A stretch of 64,000 bases of DNA from positions 2,790,001-2,854,000 of the forward strand of contig OZ059894.1 of NCBI GenBank assembly GCA_964057225.1, given 5' to 3'. The translations under genes were made by a program, and so were the position numbers. Positions 52,129 to 64,000 of this stretch are shown in pieces. The notes below the pieces were generated by a model. That model saw only the letters and a program-made list of their open reading frames with translations, had not been told where the DNA came from and ran no database searches. This DNA comes from Auanema rhodensis (Eukaryota > Animalia > Nematoda). Each line of letters opens with the position of its first letter. Positions within the stretch are counted from its first letter, which is position 1.

Positions 52129-55100
52129 ACCTGCGTCGATCTGTGTTATCAGATTTGCGCTAGCTTAAAAATGCACCGAGATATCAACTGATATAAGTTC
52201 ACACTTATATCCTCGATTTTCACCCTGAAGAATTAATTTTTTTGTTGAATAACATTGTCCATCGTCTTTGCCTTGAAAAAAGGAATCTAAAAACATCTAC
52301 TTTTTGCTAAATTATCTTGAAATTTTTCGAAAAAATTTTTGTCAAAATGTTTTTGGAAGCAATGTTGAGTGTACATGGAAACTCAACATACACTAATGCA
52401 TTATTTTTCAAACGATCATAACTAATTTTTGTATTGAGCGTTTTTCAATGTAGTATAGTGCATTCGATGCGGATTTTCAAGCTGCGTCGATCTGTGTTAT
52501 CAGATTTGCGCTAGCTTAAAAATGCACCGAGATATCAACTGATATAAGTTCACACTTATATCCTCGATTTTCACCCTGAAGAATTAATTTTTTCGTTGAA
52601 TAACATTGTCCATCGTCTTTGCCTTGAAAAAAGGAATCTAAAAACATCTACTTTTCGCTAAATTATTTTGAAATTTTTCGAAAAAAATTTTGTCAAAATG
52701 TTTTTGGAAGCAATGTTGAGTGTACATGGAAACTCAACATACACTAATGCATCATTTTTCAAACGATCATAACTAATTTTTGTATTAAGCGTTTTTCAAT
52801 GTAGTATAGTGCATTCGATGCGGATTTTTAAGCTGCGTCGAGCTGTGTTATCAGATTTGCGCTAGCTTAAAAATGCACCGAGATATCAACTGATATAAGT
52901 TCACACATATATCCTCGATTTTCACCCCGAAGAATTAATTTTTTCGTTGAAAAACATTGTCCATCGTCTTTGCCTTGAAGAAAGGAATCTAAAAACATCT
53001 ACTTTTTGCTAAATTATTCCGAAATTTTTCGAAAAAATTTTTGTCAAAATGTTTTTGGAAGCAATGTTGAGTGTACATGGAAACTCAACATACACCAATG
53101 CATCATTTTTCAAACGATCATAACTAATTTTTGTATTGAGCGTTTTTCAATGTAGTAAAGTGCATTCGATGCGGATTTTCAACCTGCGTCGATCTGTGTT
53201 ATCAGATTTGCGCTAGCTTAAAAATGCACCGAGATATCAACTGATATAAGTTCACACTTATATCCTCGATTTTCACCCTGAAGAATTAATTTTTTTGTTG
53301 AATAACATTGTCCATCGTCTTTGCCTTGAAAAAAGGAATCTAAAAACATCTACTTTTCGCTAAATTATCTTGAAATTTTTCGAAAAAATTTTTGTCAAAA
53401 TGTTTTTGGAAGCAATGTTGAGTGTACATGGAAACTCAACATACACTAATGCATTATTTTTCAAACGATCATAACTAATTTTTGTATTGAGCGTTTTTCA
53501 ATGTAGTAAAGTGCATTCGATGCGGATTTTCAACCTGCGTCGATCTGTGTTATCAGATTTGCGCTAGCTTAAAAATGCACCGAGATATCAACTGATATAA
53601 GTTCACACTTATATCCTCGATTTTCACCCTGAAGAATAAATTTTTTTGTTGAATAACATTGTCCATCGTCTTTGCCTTGAAAAAAGGAATCTAAAAACAT
53701 CTACTTCTTGCTAAATTATCTTGAAATTTTTCGAAAAAATTTTTGTCAAAATGTTTTTGGAAGCAATGTTGAGTGTACATGGAAACTCAACATACACTAA
53801 TGCATTATTTTTCAAACGATCATAACTAATTTTTGTATTGAGCGTTTTTCAATGTAGTATAGTGCATTCGATGCGGATTTTCAAGCTGCGTCGATCTGTG
53901 TTATCAGATTTGCGCTAGCTTGAAAATGCACCGAGATATCAACTGATATAAGTTCACACTTATATCCTCGATTTTCACCCTGAAGAATTAATTTTTTCGT
54001 TGAATAACATTGTCCATCGTCTTTGCCTTGAAGAAAGGAATCTAAAAACATCTACTTTTTGCTAAATTATTTCGAAATTTTTCGAAAAAATTTTTGTCAA
54101 AATGTTTTTGAAAGCAATGTTGAGTGTACATGGAAACTCAACATACACTAATGCATCATTTTTCAAACGATCATAACTAATTTTTGTATTGAGCGTTTTT
54201 CAATGTAGTATAGTGCATTCGATGCGGATTTTTAAGCTGCGTCGAGCTGTGTTATCAGATTTGCGCTAGCTTAAAAATGCACCGAGATATCAACTGATAT
54301 AAGTTCACACATATATCCTCGATTTTCACCCCGAAGAATTAATTTTTTCGTTGAAAAACATTGTCCATCGTCTTTGCCTTGAAGAAAGGAATCTAAAAAC
54401 ATCTACTTTTTGCTAAATTATTTCGAAATTTTTCGAAAAAATTTTTGTCAAAATGTTTTTGGAAGCAATGTTGAGTGTACATGGAAACTCAACATACACT
54501 AATGCATCATTTTTCAAACGATCATAACTAATTTTTGTATTGAGCGTTTTTCAATGTAGTAAAGTGCATTCGATGCGGATTTTCAACCTGCGTCGATCTG
54601 TGTTATCAGATTTGCGCTAGCTTAAAAATGCACCGAGATATCAACTGATATAAGTTCACACTTATATCCTCGATTTTCACCCTGAAGAATAAATTTTTTT
54701 GTTGAATAACATTGTCCATCGTCTTTGCCTTGAAAAAAGGAATCTAAAAACATCTACTTCTTGCTAAATTATCTTGAAATTTTTCGAAAAAATTTTTGTC
54801 AAAATGTTTTTGGAAGCAATGTTGAGTGTACATGGAAACTCAACATACACTAATGCATCATTTTTCAAACGATCATAACTAATTTTTGTATTGAGCGTTT
54901 TTCAATGTAGTAAAGTGCATTCGATGCGGATTTTCAACCTGCGTCGATCTGTGTTATCAGATTTGCGCTAGCTTAAAAATGCACCGAGATATCAACTGAT
55001 ATAAGTTCACACTTATATCCTCGATTTTCACCCTGAAGAATTAATTTTTTTGTTGAATAACATTGTCCATCGTCTTTGCCTTGAAAAAAGGAATCTAAAA

Positions 55101-58100
55101 ACATCTACTTTTCGCTAAATTATCTTGAAATTTTTCGAAAAAATTTTTGTCAAAATGTTTTTGGAAGCAATGTTGAGTGTACATGGAAACTCAACATACA
55201 CTAATGCATCATTTTTCAAACGATCATAACTAATTTTTGTATTGAGCGTTTTTCAATGTAGTAAAGTGCATTCGATGCGGATTTTCAACCTGCGTCGATC
55301 TGTGTTATCAGATTTGCGCTAGCTTAAAAATGCACCGAGATATCAACTGATATAAGTTCACACTTATATCCTCGATTTTCACCCTGAAGAATTAATTTTT
55401 TTGTTGAATAACATTGTCCATCGTCTTTGCCTTGAAAAAAGGAATCTAAAAACATCTACTTTTTGCTAAATTATCTTGAAATTTTTCGAAAAAATTTTTG
55501 TCAAAATGTTTTTGGAAGCAATGTTGAGTGTACATGGAAACTCAACATACACTAATGCATTATTTTTCAAACGATCATAACTAATTTTTGTATTGAGCGT
55601 TTTTCAATGTAGTATAGTGCATTCGATGCGGATTTTCAAGCTGCGTCGATCTGTGTTATCAGATTTGCGCTAGCTTAAAAATGCACCGAGATATCAACTG
55701 ATATAAGTTCACACTTATATCCTCGATTTTCACCCTGAAGAATTAATTTTTTCGTTGAATAACATTGTCCATCGTCTTTGCCTTGAAAAAAGGAATCTAA
55801 AAACATCTACTTTTCGCTAAATTATTTTGAAATTTTTCGAAAAAAATTTTGTCAAAATGTTTTTGGAAGCAATGTTGAGTGTACATGGAAACTCAACATA
55901 CACTAATGCATCATTTTTCAAACGATCATAACTAATTTTTGTATTAAGCGTTTTTCAATGTAGTATAGTGCATTCGATGCGGATTTTTAAGCTGCGTCGA
56001 GCTGTGTTATCAGATTTGCGCTAGCTTAAAAATGCACCGAGATATCAACTGATATAAGTTCACACATATATCCTCGATTTTCACCCCGAAGAATTAATTT
56101 TTTCGTTGAAAAACATTGTCCATCGTCTTTGCCTTGAAGAAAGGAATCTAAAAACATCTACTTTTTGCTAAATTATTCCGAAATTTTTCGAAAAAATTTT
56201 TGTCAAAATGTTTTTGGAAGCAATGTTGAGTGTACATGGAAACTCAACATACACCAATGCATCATTTTTCAAACGATCATAACTAATTTTTGTATTGAGC
56301 GTTTTTCAATGTAGTAAAGTGCATTCGATGCGGATTTTCAACCTGCGTCGATCTGTGTTATCAGATTTGCGCTAGCTTAAAAATGCACCGAGATATCAAC
56401 TGATATAAGTTCACACTTATATCCTCGATTTTCACCCTGAAGAATTAATTTTTTTGTTGAATAACATTGTCCATCGTCTTTGCCTTGAAAAAAGGAATCT
56501 AAAAACATCTACTTTTCGCTAAATTATCTTGAAATTTTTCGAAAAAATTTTTGTCAAAATGTTTTTGGAAGCAATGTTGAGTGTACATGGAAACTCAACA
56601 TACACTAATGCATTATTTTTCAAACGATCATAACTAATTTTTGTATTGAGCGTTTTTCAATGTAGTAAAGTGCATTCGATGCGGATTTTCAACCTGCGTC
56701 GATCTGTGTTATCAGATTTGCGCTAGCTTAAAAATGCACCGAGATATCAACTGATATAAGTTCACACTTATATCCTCGATTTTCACCCTGAAGAATAAAT
56801 TTTTTTGTTGAATAACATTGTCCATCGTCTTTGCCTTGAAAAAAGGAATCTAAAAACATCTACTTCTTGCTAAATTATCTTGAAATTTTTCGAAAAAATT
56901 TTTGTCAAAATGTTTTTGGAAGCAATGTTGAGTGTACATGGAAACTCAACATACACTAATGCATTATTTTTCAAACGATCATAACTAATTTTTGTATTGA
57001 GCGTTTTTCAATGTAGTATAGTGCATTCGATGCGGATTTTCAAGCTGCGTCGATCTGTGTTATCAGATTTGCGCTAGCTTGAAAATGCACCGAGATATCA
57101 ACTGATATAAGTTCACACTTATATCCTCGATTTTCACCCTGAAGAATTAATTTTTTCGTTGAATAACATTGTCCATCGTCTTTGCCTTGAAGAAAGGAAT
57201 CTAAAAACATCTACTTTTTGCTAAATTATTTCGAAATTTTTCGAAAAAATTTTTGTCAAAATGTTTTTGAAAGCAATGTTGAGTGTACATGGAAACTCAA
57301 CATACACTAATGCATCATTTTTCAAACGATCATAACTAATTTTTGTATTGAGCGTTTTTCAATGTAGTATAGTGCATTCGATGCGGATTTTTAAGCTGCG
57401 TCGAGCTGTGTTATCAGATTTGCGCTAGCTTAAAAATGCACCGAGATATCAACTGATATAAGTTCACACATATATCCTCGATTTTCACCCCGAAGAATTA
57501 ATTTTTTCGTTGAAAAACATTGTCCATCGTCTTTGCCTTGAAGAAAGGAATCTAAAAACATCTACTTTTTGCTAAATTATTTCGAAATTTTTCGAAAAAA
57601 TTTTTGTCAAAATGTTTTTGGAAGCAATGTTGAGTGTACATGGAAACTCAACATACACTAATGCATCATTTTTCAAACGATCATAACTAATTTTTGTATT
57701 GAGCGTTTTTCAATGTAGTAAAGTGCATTCGATGCGGATTTTCAACCTGCGTCGATCTGTGTTATCAGATTTGCGCTAGCTTAAAAATGCACCGAGATAT
57801 CAACTGATATAAGTTCACACTTATATCCTCGATTTTCACCCTGAAGAATTAATTTTTTTGTTGAATAACATTGTCCATCGTCTTTGCCTTGAAAAAAGGA
57901 ATCTAAAAACATCTACTTTTCGCTAAATTATCTTGAAATTTTTCGAAAAAATTTTTGTCAAAATGTTTTTGGAAGCAATGTTGAGTGTACATGGAAACTC
58001 AACATACACTAATGCATCATTTTTCAAACGATCATAACTAATTTTTGTATTGAGCGTTTTTCAATGTAGTAAAGTGCATTCGATGCGGATTTTCAACCTG

Positions 58101-61100
58101 CGTCGATCTGTGTTATCAGATTTGCGCTAGCTTAAAAATGCACCGAGATATCAACTGATATAAGTTCACACTTATATCCTCGATTTTCACCCTGAAGAAT
58201 TAATTTTTTTGTTGAATAACATTGTCCATCGTCTTTGCCTTGAAAAAAGGAATCTAAAAACATCTACTTTTTGCTAAATTATCTTGAAATTTTTCGAAAA
58301 AATTTTTGTCAAAATGTTTTTGGAAGCAATGTTGAGTGTACATGGAAACTCAACATACACTAATGCATTATTTTTCAAACGATCATAACTAATTTTTGTA
58401 TTGAGCGTTTTTCAATGTAGTATAGTGCATTCGATGCGGATTTTCAAGCTGCGTCGATCTGTGTTATCAGATTTGCGCTAGCTTAAAAATGCACCGAGAT
58501 ATCAACTGATATAAGTTCACACTTATATCCTCGATTTTCACCCTGAAGAATTAATTTTTTCGTTGAATAACATTGTCCATCGTCTTTGCCTTGAAAAAAG
58601 GAATCTAAAAACATCTACTTTTCGCTAAATTATTTTGAAATTTTTCGAAAAAAATTTTGTCAAAATGTTTTTGGAAGCAATGTTGAGTGTACATGGAAAC
58701 TCAACATACACTAATGCATCATTTTTCAAACGATCATAACTAATTTTTGTATTAAGCGTTTTTCAATGTAGTATAGTGCATTCGATGCGGATTTTTAAGC
58801 TGCGTCGAGCTGTGTTATCAGATTTGCGCTAGCTTAAAAATGCACCGAGATATCAACTGATATAAGTTCACACATATATCCTCGATTTTCACCCCGAAGA
58901 ATTAATTTTTTCGTTGAAAAACATTGTCCATCGTCTTTGCCTTGAAGAAAGGAATCTAAAAACATCTACTTTTTGCTAAATTATTCCGAAATTTTTCGAA
59001 AAAATTTTTGTCAAAATGTTTTTGGAAGCAATGTTGAGTGTACATGGAAACTCAACATACACCAATGCATCATTTTTCAAACGATCATAACTAATTTTTG
59101 TATTGAGCGTTTTTCAATGTAGTAAAGTGCATTCGATGCGGATTTTCAACCTGCGTCGATCTGTGTTATCAGATTTGCGCTAGCTTAAAAATGCACCGAG
59201 ATATCAACTGATATAAGTTCACACTTATATCCTCGATTTTCACCCTGAAGAATTAATTTTTTTGTTGAATAACATTGTCCATCGTCTTTGCCTTGAAAAA
59301 AGGAATCTAAAAACATCTACTTTTCGCTAAATTATCTTGAAATTTTTCGAAAAAATTTTTGTCAAAATGTTTTTGGAAGCAATGTTGAGTGTACATGGAA
59401 ACTCAACATACACTAATGCATTATTTTTCAAACGATCATAACTAATTTTTGTATTGAGCGTTTTTCAATGTAGTAAAGTGCATTCGATGCGGATTTTCAA
59501 CCTGCGTCGATCTGTGTTATCAGATTTGCGCTAGCTTAAAAATGCACCGAGATATCAACTGATATAAGTTCACACTTATATCCTCGATTTTCACCCTGAA
59601 GAATAAATTTTTTTGTTGAATAACATTGTCCATCGTCTTTGCCTTGAAAAAAGGAATCTAAAAACATCTACTTCTTGCTAAATTATCTTGAAATTTTTCG
59701 AAAAAATTTTTGTCAAAATGTTTTTGGAAGCAATGTTGAGTGTACATGGAAACTCAACATACACTAATGCATTATTTTTCAAACGATCATAACTAATTTT
59801 TGTATTGAGCGTTTTTCAATGTAGTATAGTGCATTCGATGCGGATTTTCAAGCTGCGTCGATCTGTGTTATCAGATTTGCGCTAGCTTGAAAATGCACCG
59901 AGATATCAACTGATATAAGTTCACACTTATATCCTCGATTTTCACCCTGAAGAATTAATTTTTTCGTTGAATAACATTGTCCATCGTCTTTGCCTTGAAG
60001 AAAGGAATCTAAAAACATCTACTTTTTGCTAAATTATTTCGAAATTTTTCGAAAAAATTTTTGTCAAAATGTTTTTGAAAGCAATGTTGAGTGTACATGG
60101 AAACTCAACATACACTAATGCATCATTTTTCAAACGATCATAACTAATTTTTGTATTAAGCGTTTTTCAATGTAGTATAGTGCATTCGATGCGGATTTTT
60201 AAGCTGCGTCGAGCTGTGTTATCAGATTTGCGCTAGCTTAAAAATGCACCGAGATATCAACTGATATAAGTTCACACTTATATCCTCGATTTTCACCCTG
60301 AAGAATTAATTTTTTTGTTGAATAACATTGTCCATCGTCTTTGCCTTGAAAAAAGGAATCTAAAAACATCTACTTTTTGCTAAATTATCTTGAAATTTTT
60401 CGAAAAAATTTTTGTCAAAATGTTTTTGGAAGCAATGTTGAGTGTACATGGAAACTCAACATACACTAATGCATTATTTTTCAAACGATCATAACTAATT
60501 TTTGTATTGAGCGTTTTTCAATGTAGTATAGTGCATTCGATGCGGATTTTCAAGCTGCGTCGATCTGTGTTATCAGATTTGCGCTAGCTTAAAAATGCAC
60601 CGAGATATCAACTGATATAAGTTCACACTTATATCCTCGATTTTCACCCTGAAGAATAAATTTTTTTGTTGAATAACATTGTCCATCGTCTTTGCCTTGA
60701 AAAAAGGAATCTAAAAACATCTACTTCTTGCTAAATTATCTTGAAATTTTTCGAAAAAATTTTTGTCAAAATGTTTTTGGAAGCAATGTTGAGTGTACAT
60801 GGAAACTCAACATACACTAATGCATTATTTTTCAAACGATCATAACTAATTTTTGTATTGAGCGTTTTTCAATGTAGTATAGTGCATTCGATGCGGATTT
60901 TCAAGCTGCGTCGATCTGTGTTATCAGATTTGCGCTAGCTTGAAAATGCACCGAGATATCAACTGATATAAGTTCACACTTATATCCTCGATTTTCACCC
61001 TGAAGAATTAATTTTTTCGTTGAATAACATTGTCCATCGTCTTTGCCTTGAAGAAAGGAATCTAAAAACATCTACTTTTTGCTAAATTATTTCGAAATTT

Positions 61101-64000
61101 TTCGAAAAAATTTTTGTCAAAATGTTTTTGAAAGCAATGTTGAGTGTACATGGAAACTCAACATACACTAATGCATCATTTTTCAAACGATCATAACTAA
61201 TTTTTGTATTAAGCGTTTTTCAATGTAGTATAGTGCATTCGATGCGGATTTCTAAGCTGCGTCGAGCTGTGTTATCAGATTTGCGCTAGCTTAAAAATGC
61301 ACCGAGATATCAACTGATATAAGTTCACACTTATATCCTCGATTTTCACCCTGAAGAATTAATTTTTTTGTTGAATAACATTGTCCATCGTCTTTGCCTT
61401 GAAAAAAGGAATCTAAAAACATCTACTTTTTGCTAAATTATCTTGAAATTTTTCGAAAAAATTTTTGTCAAAATGTTTTTGGAAGCAATGTTGAGTGTAC
61501 ATGGAAACTCAACATACACTAATGCATTATTTTTCAAACGATCATAACTAATTTTTGTATTGAGCGTTTTTCAATGTAGTATAGTGCATTCGATGCGGAT
61601 TTTCAAGCTGCGTCGATCTGTGTTATCAGATTTGCGCTAGCTTAAAAATGCACCGAGATATCAACTGATATAAGTTCACACTTATATCCTCGATTTTCAC
61701 CCTGAAGAATTAATTTTTTCGTTGAATAACATTGTCCATCGTCTTTGCCTTGAAAAAAGGAATCTAAAAACATCTACTTTTCGCTAAATTATTTTGAAAT
61801 TTTTCGAAAAAAATTTTGTCAAAATGTTTTTGGAAGCAATGTTGAGTGTACATGGAAACTCAACATACACTAATGCATCATTTTTCAAACGATCATAACT
61901 AATTTTTGTATTAAGCGTTTTTCAATGTAGTATAGTGCATTCGATGCGGATTTTTAAGCTGCGTCGAGCTGTGTTATCAGATTTGCGCTAGCTTAAAAAT
62001 GCACCGAGATATCAACTGATATAAGTTCACACATATATCCTCGATTTTCACCCCGAAGAATTAATTTTTTCGTTGAAAAACATTGTCCATCGTCTTTGCC
62101 TTGAAGAAAGGAATCTAAAAACATCTACTTTTTGCTAAATTATTCCGAAATTTTTCGAAAAAATTTTTGTCAAAATGTTTTTGGAAGCAATGTTGAGTGT
62201 ACATGGAAACTCAACATACACCAATGCATCATTTTTCAAACGATCATAACTAATTTTTGTATTGAGCGTTTTTCAATGTAGTAAAGTGCATTCGATGCGG
62301 ATTTTCAACCTGCGTCGATCTGTGTTATCAGATTTGCGCTAGCTTAAAAATGCACCGAGATATCAACTGATATAAGTTCACACTTATATCCTCGATTTTC
62401 ACCCTGAAGAATTAATTTTTTTGTTGAATAACATTGTCCATCGTCTTTGCCTTGAAAAAAGGAATCTAAAAACATCTACTTTTCGCTAAATTATCTTGAA
62501 ATTTTTCGAAAAAATTTTTGTCAAAATGTTTTTGGAAGCAATGTTGAGTGTACATGGAAACTCAACATACACTAATGCATTATTTTTCAAACGATCATAA
62601 CTAATTTTTGTATTGAGCGTTTTTCAATGTAGTAAAGTGCATTCGATGCGGATTTTCAACCTGCGTCGATCTGTGTTATCAGATTTGCGCTAGCTTAAAA
62701 ATGCACCGAGATATCAACTGATATAAGTTCACACTTATATCCTCGATTTTCACCCTGAAGAATAAATTTTTTTGTTGAATAACATTGTCCATCGTCTTTG
62801 CCTTGAAAAAAGGAATCTAAAAACATCTACTTCTTGCTAAATTATCTTGAAATTTTTCGAAAAAATTTTTGTCAAAATGTTTTTGGAAGCAATGTTGAGT
62901 GTACATGGAAACTCAACATACACTAATGCATTATTTTTCAAACGATCATAACTAATTTTTGTATTGAGCGTTTTTCAATGTAGTATAGTGCATTCGATGC
63001 GGATTTTCAAGCTGCGTCGATCTGTGTTATCAGATTTGCGCTAGCTTGAAAATGCACCGAGATATCAACTGATATAAGTTCACACTTATATCCTCGATTT
63101 TCACCCTGAAGAATTAATTTTTTCGTTGAATAACATTGTCCATCGTCTTTGCCTTGAAGAAAGGAATCTAAAAACATCTACTTTTTGCTAAATTATTTCG
63201 AAATTTTTCGAAAAAATTTTTGTCAAAATGTTTTTGAAAGCAATGTTGAGTGTACATGGAAACTCAACATACACTAATGCATCATTTTTCAAACGATCAT
63301 AACTAATTTTTGTATTAAGCGTTTTTCAATGTAGTATAGTGCATTCGATGCGGATTTTTAAGCTGCGTCGAGCTGTGTTATCAGATTTGCGCTAGCTTAA
63401 AAATGCACCGAGATATCAACTGATATAAGTTCACACTTATATCCTCGATTTTCACCCTGAAGAATTAATTTTTTTGTTGAATAACATTGTCCATCGTCTT
63501 TGCCTTGAAAAAAGGAATCTAAAAACATCTACTTTTTGCTAAATTATCTTGAAATTTTTCGAAAAAATTTTTGTCAAAATGTTTTTGGAAGCAATGTTGA
63601 GTGTACATGGAAACTCAACATACACTAATGCATTATTTTTCAAACGATCATAACTAATTTTTGTATTGAGCGTTTTTCAATGTAGTATAGTGCATTCGAT
63701 GCGGATTTTCAAGCTGCGTCGATCTGTGTTATCAGATTTGCGCTAGCTTAAAAATGCACCGAGATATCAACTGATATAAGTTCACACTTATATCCTCGAT
63801 TTTCACCCTGAAGAATTAATTTTTTCGTTGAATAACATTGTCCATCGTCTTTGCCTTGAAAAAAGGAATCTAAAAACATCTACTTTTCGCTAAATTATTT
63901 TGAAATTTTTCGAAAAAAATTTTGTCAAAATGTTTTTGGAAGCAATGTTGAGTGTACATGGAAACTCAACATACACTAATGCATCATTTTTCAAACGATC
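51778..64000 (-). repeat. 8/9-mer HOR, about 4 copies
   Basis: The ACACCAATG marker is at 53095, 56254, 59062 and 62221 (spacings 3159, 2808, 3159). GCTTGAAAATG is at about 53922, 57081, 59889, 60942 and 63048. Confidence 0.88.

Larger units (their letters stand above)
1..64000. repeat. Tandem satellite DNA array, 351-bp monomer, about 182 copies, likely heterochromatic/(peri)centromeric
   Basis: TAAAAATC(C/T)GCATCGAATGC recurs at 1, 352, 703 ... 3511, 7021, 14041, 20710 (exact multiples of 351). Its reverse complement recurs with the same period after 21057. Monomers differ by only a few substitutions and no unique sequence interrupts the array. The centromeric label is inference only. Confidence 0.99.
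23592..64000 (-). repeat. Subfamily B block, about 115 monomers in reverse orientation
   Basis: Copies read AACATTGTCC on + (A at monomer position 225). GAGTGTAC and GTCAAAA are fixed, GCGTCG is near-fixed, and many B-only variants occur (TTTTTCAAT, CAACCTG, CCCCGAAG, GAAGAAAGG, TTTCGCT). Monomer starts 23698 and 63361 are exactly 113 x 351 apart. Confidence 0.95.

Noticed and set aside
1-64000. CRISPR array or other prokaryotic repeat system
   Set aside because: There are no unique spacers, the unit is 351 bp, and no cas or other genes are present.

Overview
The whole window is one AT-rich (about 30% GC, counted on monomer 1) eukaryote-type satellite array of about 182 copies of a 351-bp monomer. 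I see no credible genes, RNA genes, transposons or CRISPR arrays. The array has three blocks. (1) Bases 1-21056 hold 60 monomers in + orientation (subfamily A). (2) A blunt orientation switch at 21056/21057 starts a 2.5-kb inverted block that is still subfamily A and mirrors the higher-order repeat (HOR) register of the neighbouring forward copies, making a multi-kb palindrome with a 128-bp spacer. (3) An out-of-register junction at about 23590 (60-bp duplication, TGTA microhomology) coincides exactly with the switch to subfamily B, which runs in - orientation to the window end. SNP haplotypes show nascent HORs and block duplications of 2, 3, 4, 6, 7, 8 and 9 monomers. The monomer is tiled with short inverted repeats, and both ends of the inversion junction lie at the edges of these dyads. 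I cannot assign the species or satellite family from sequence alone; a (peri)centromeric location is an inference. Monomer positions quoted below equal window coordinates of monomer 1.
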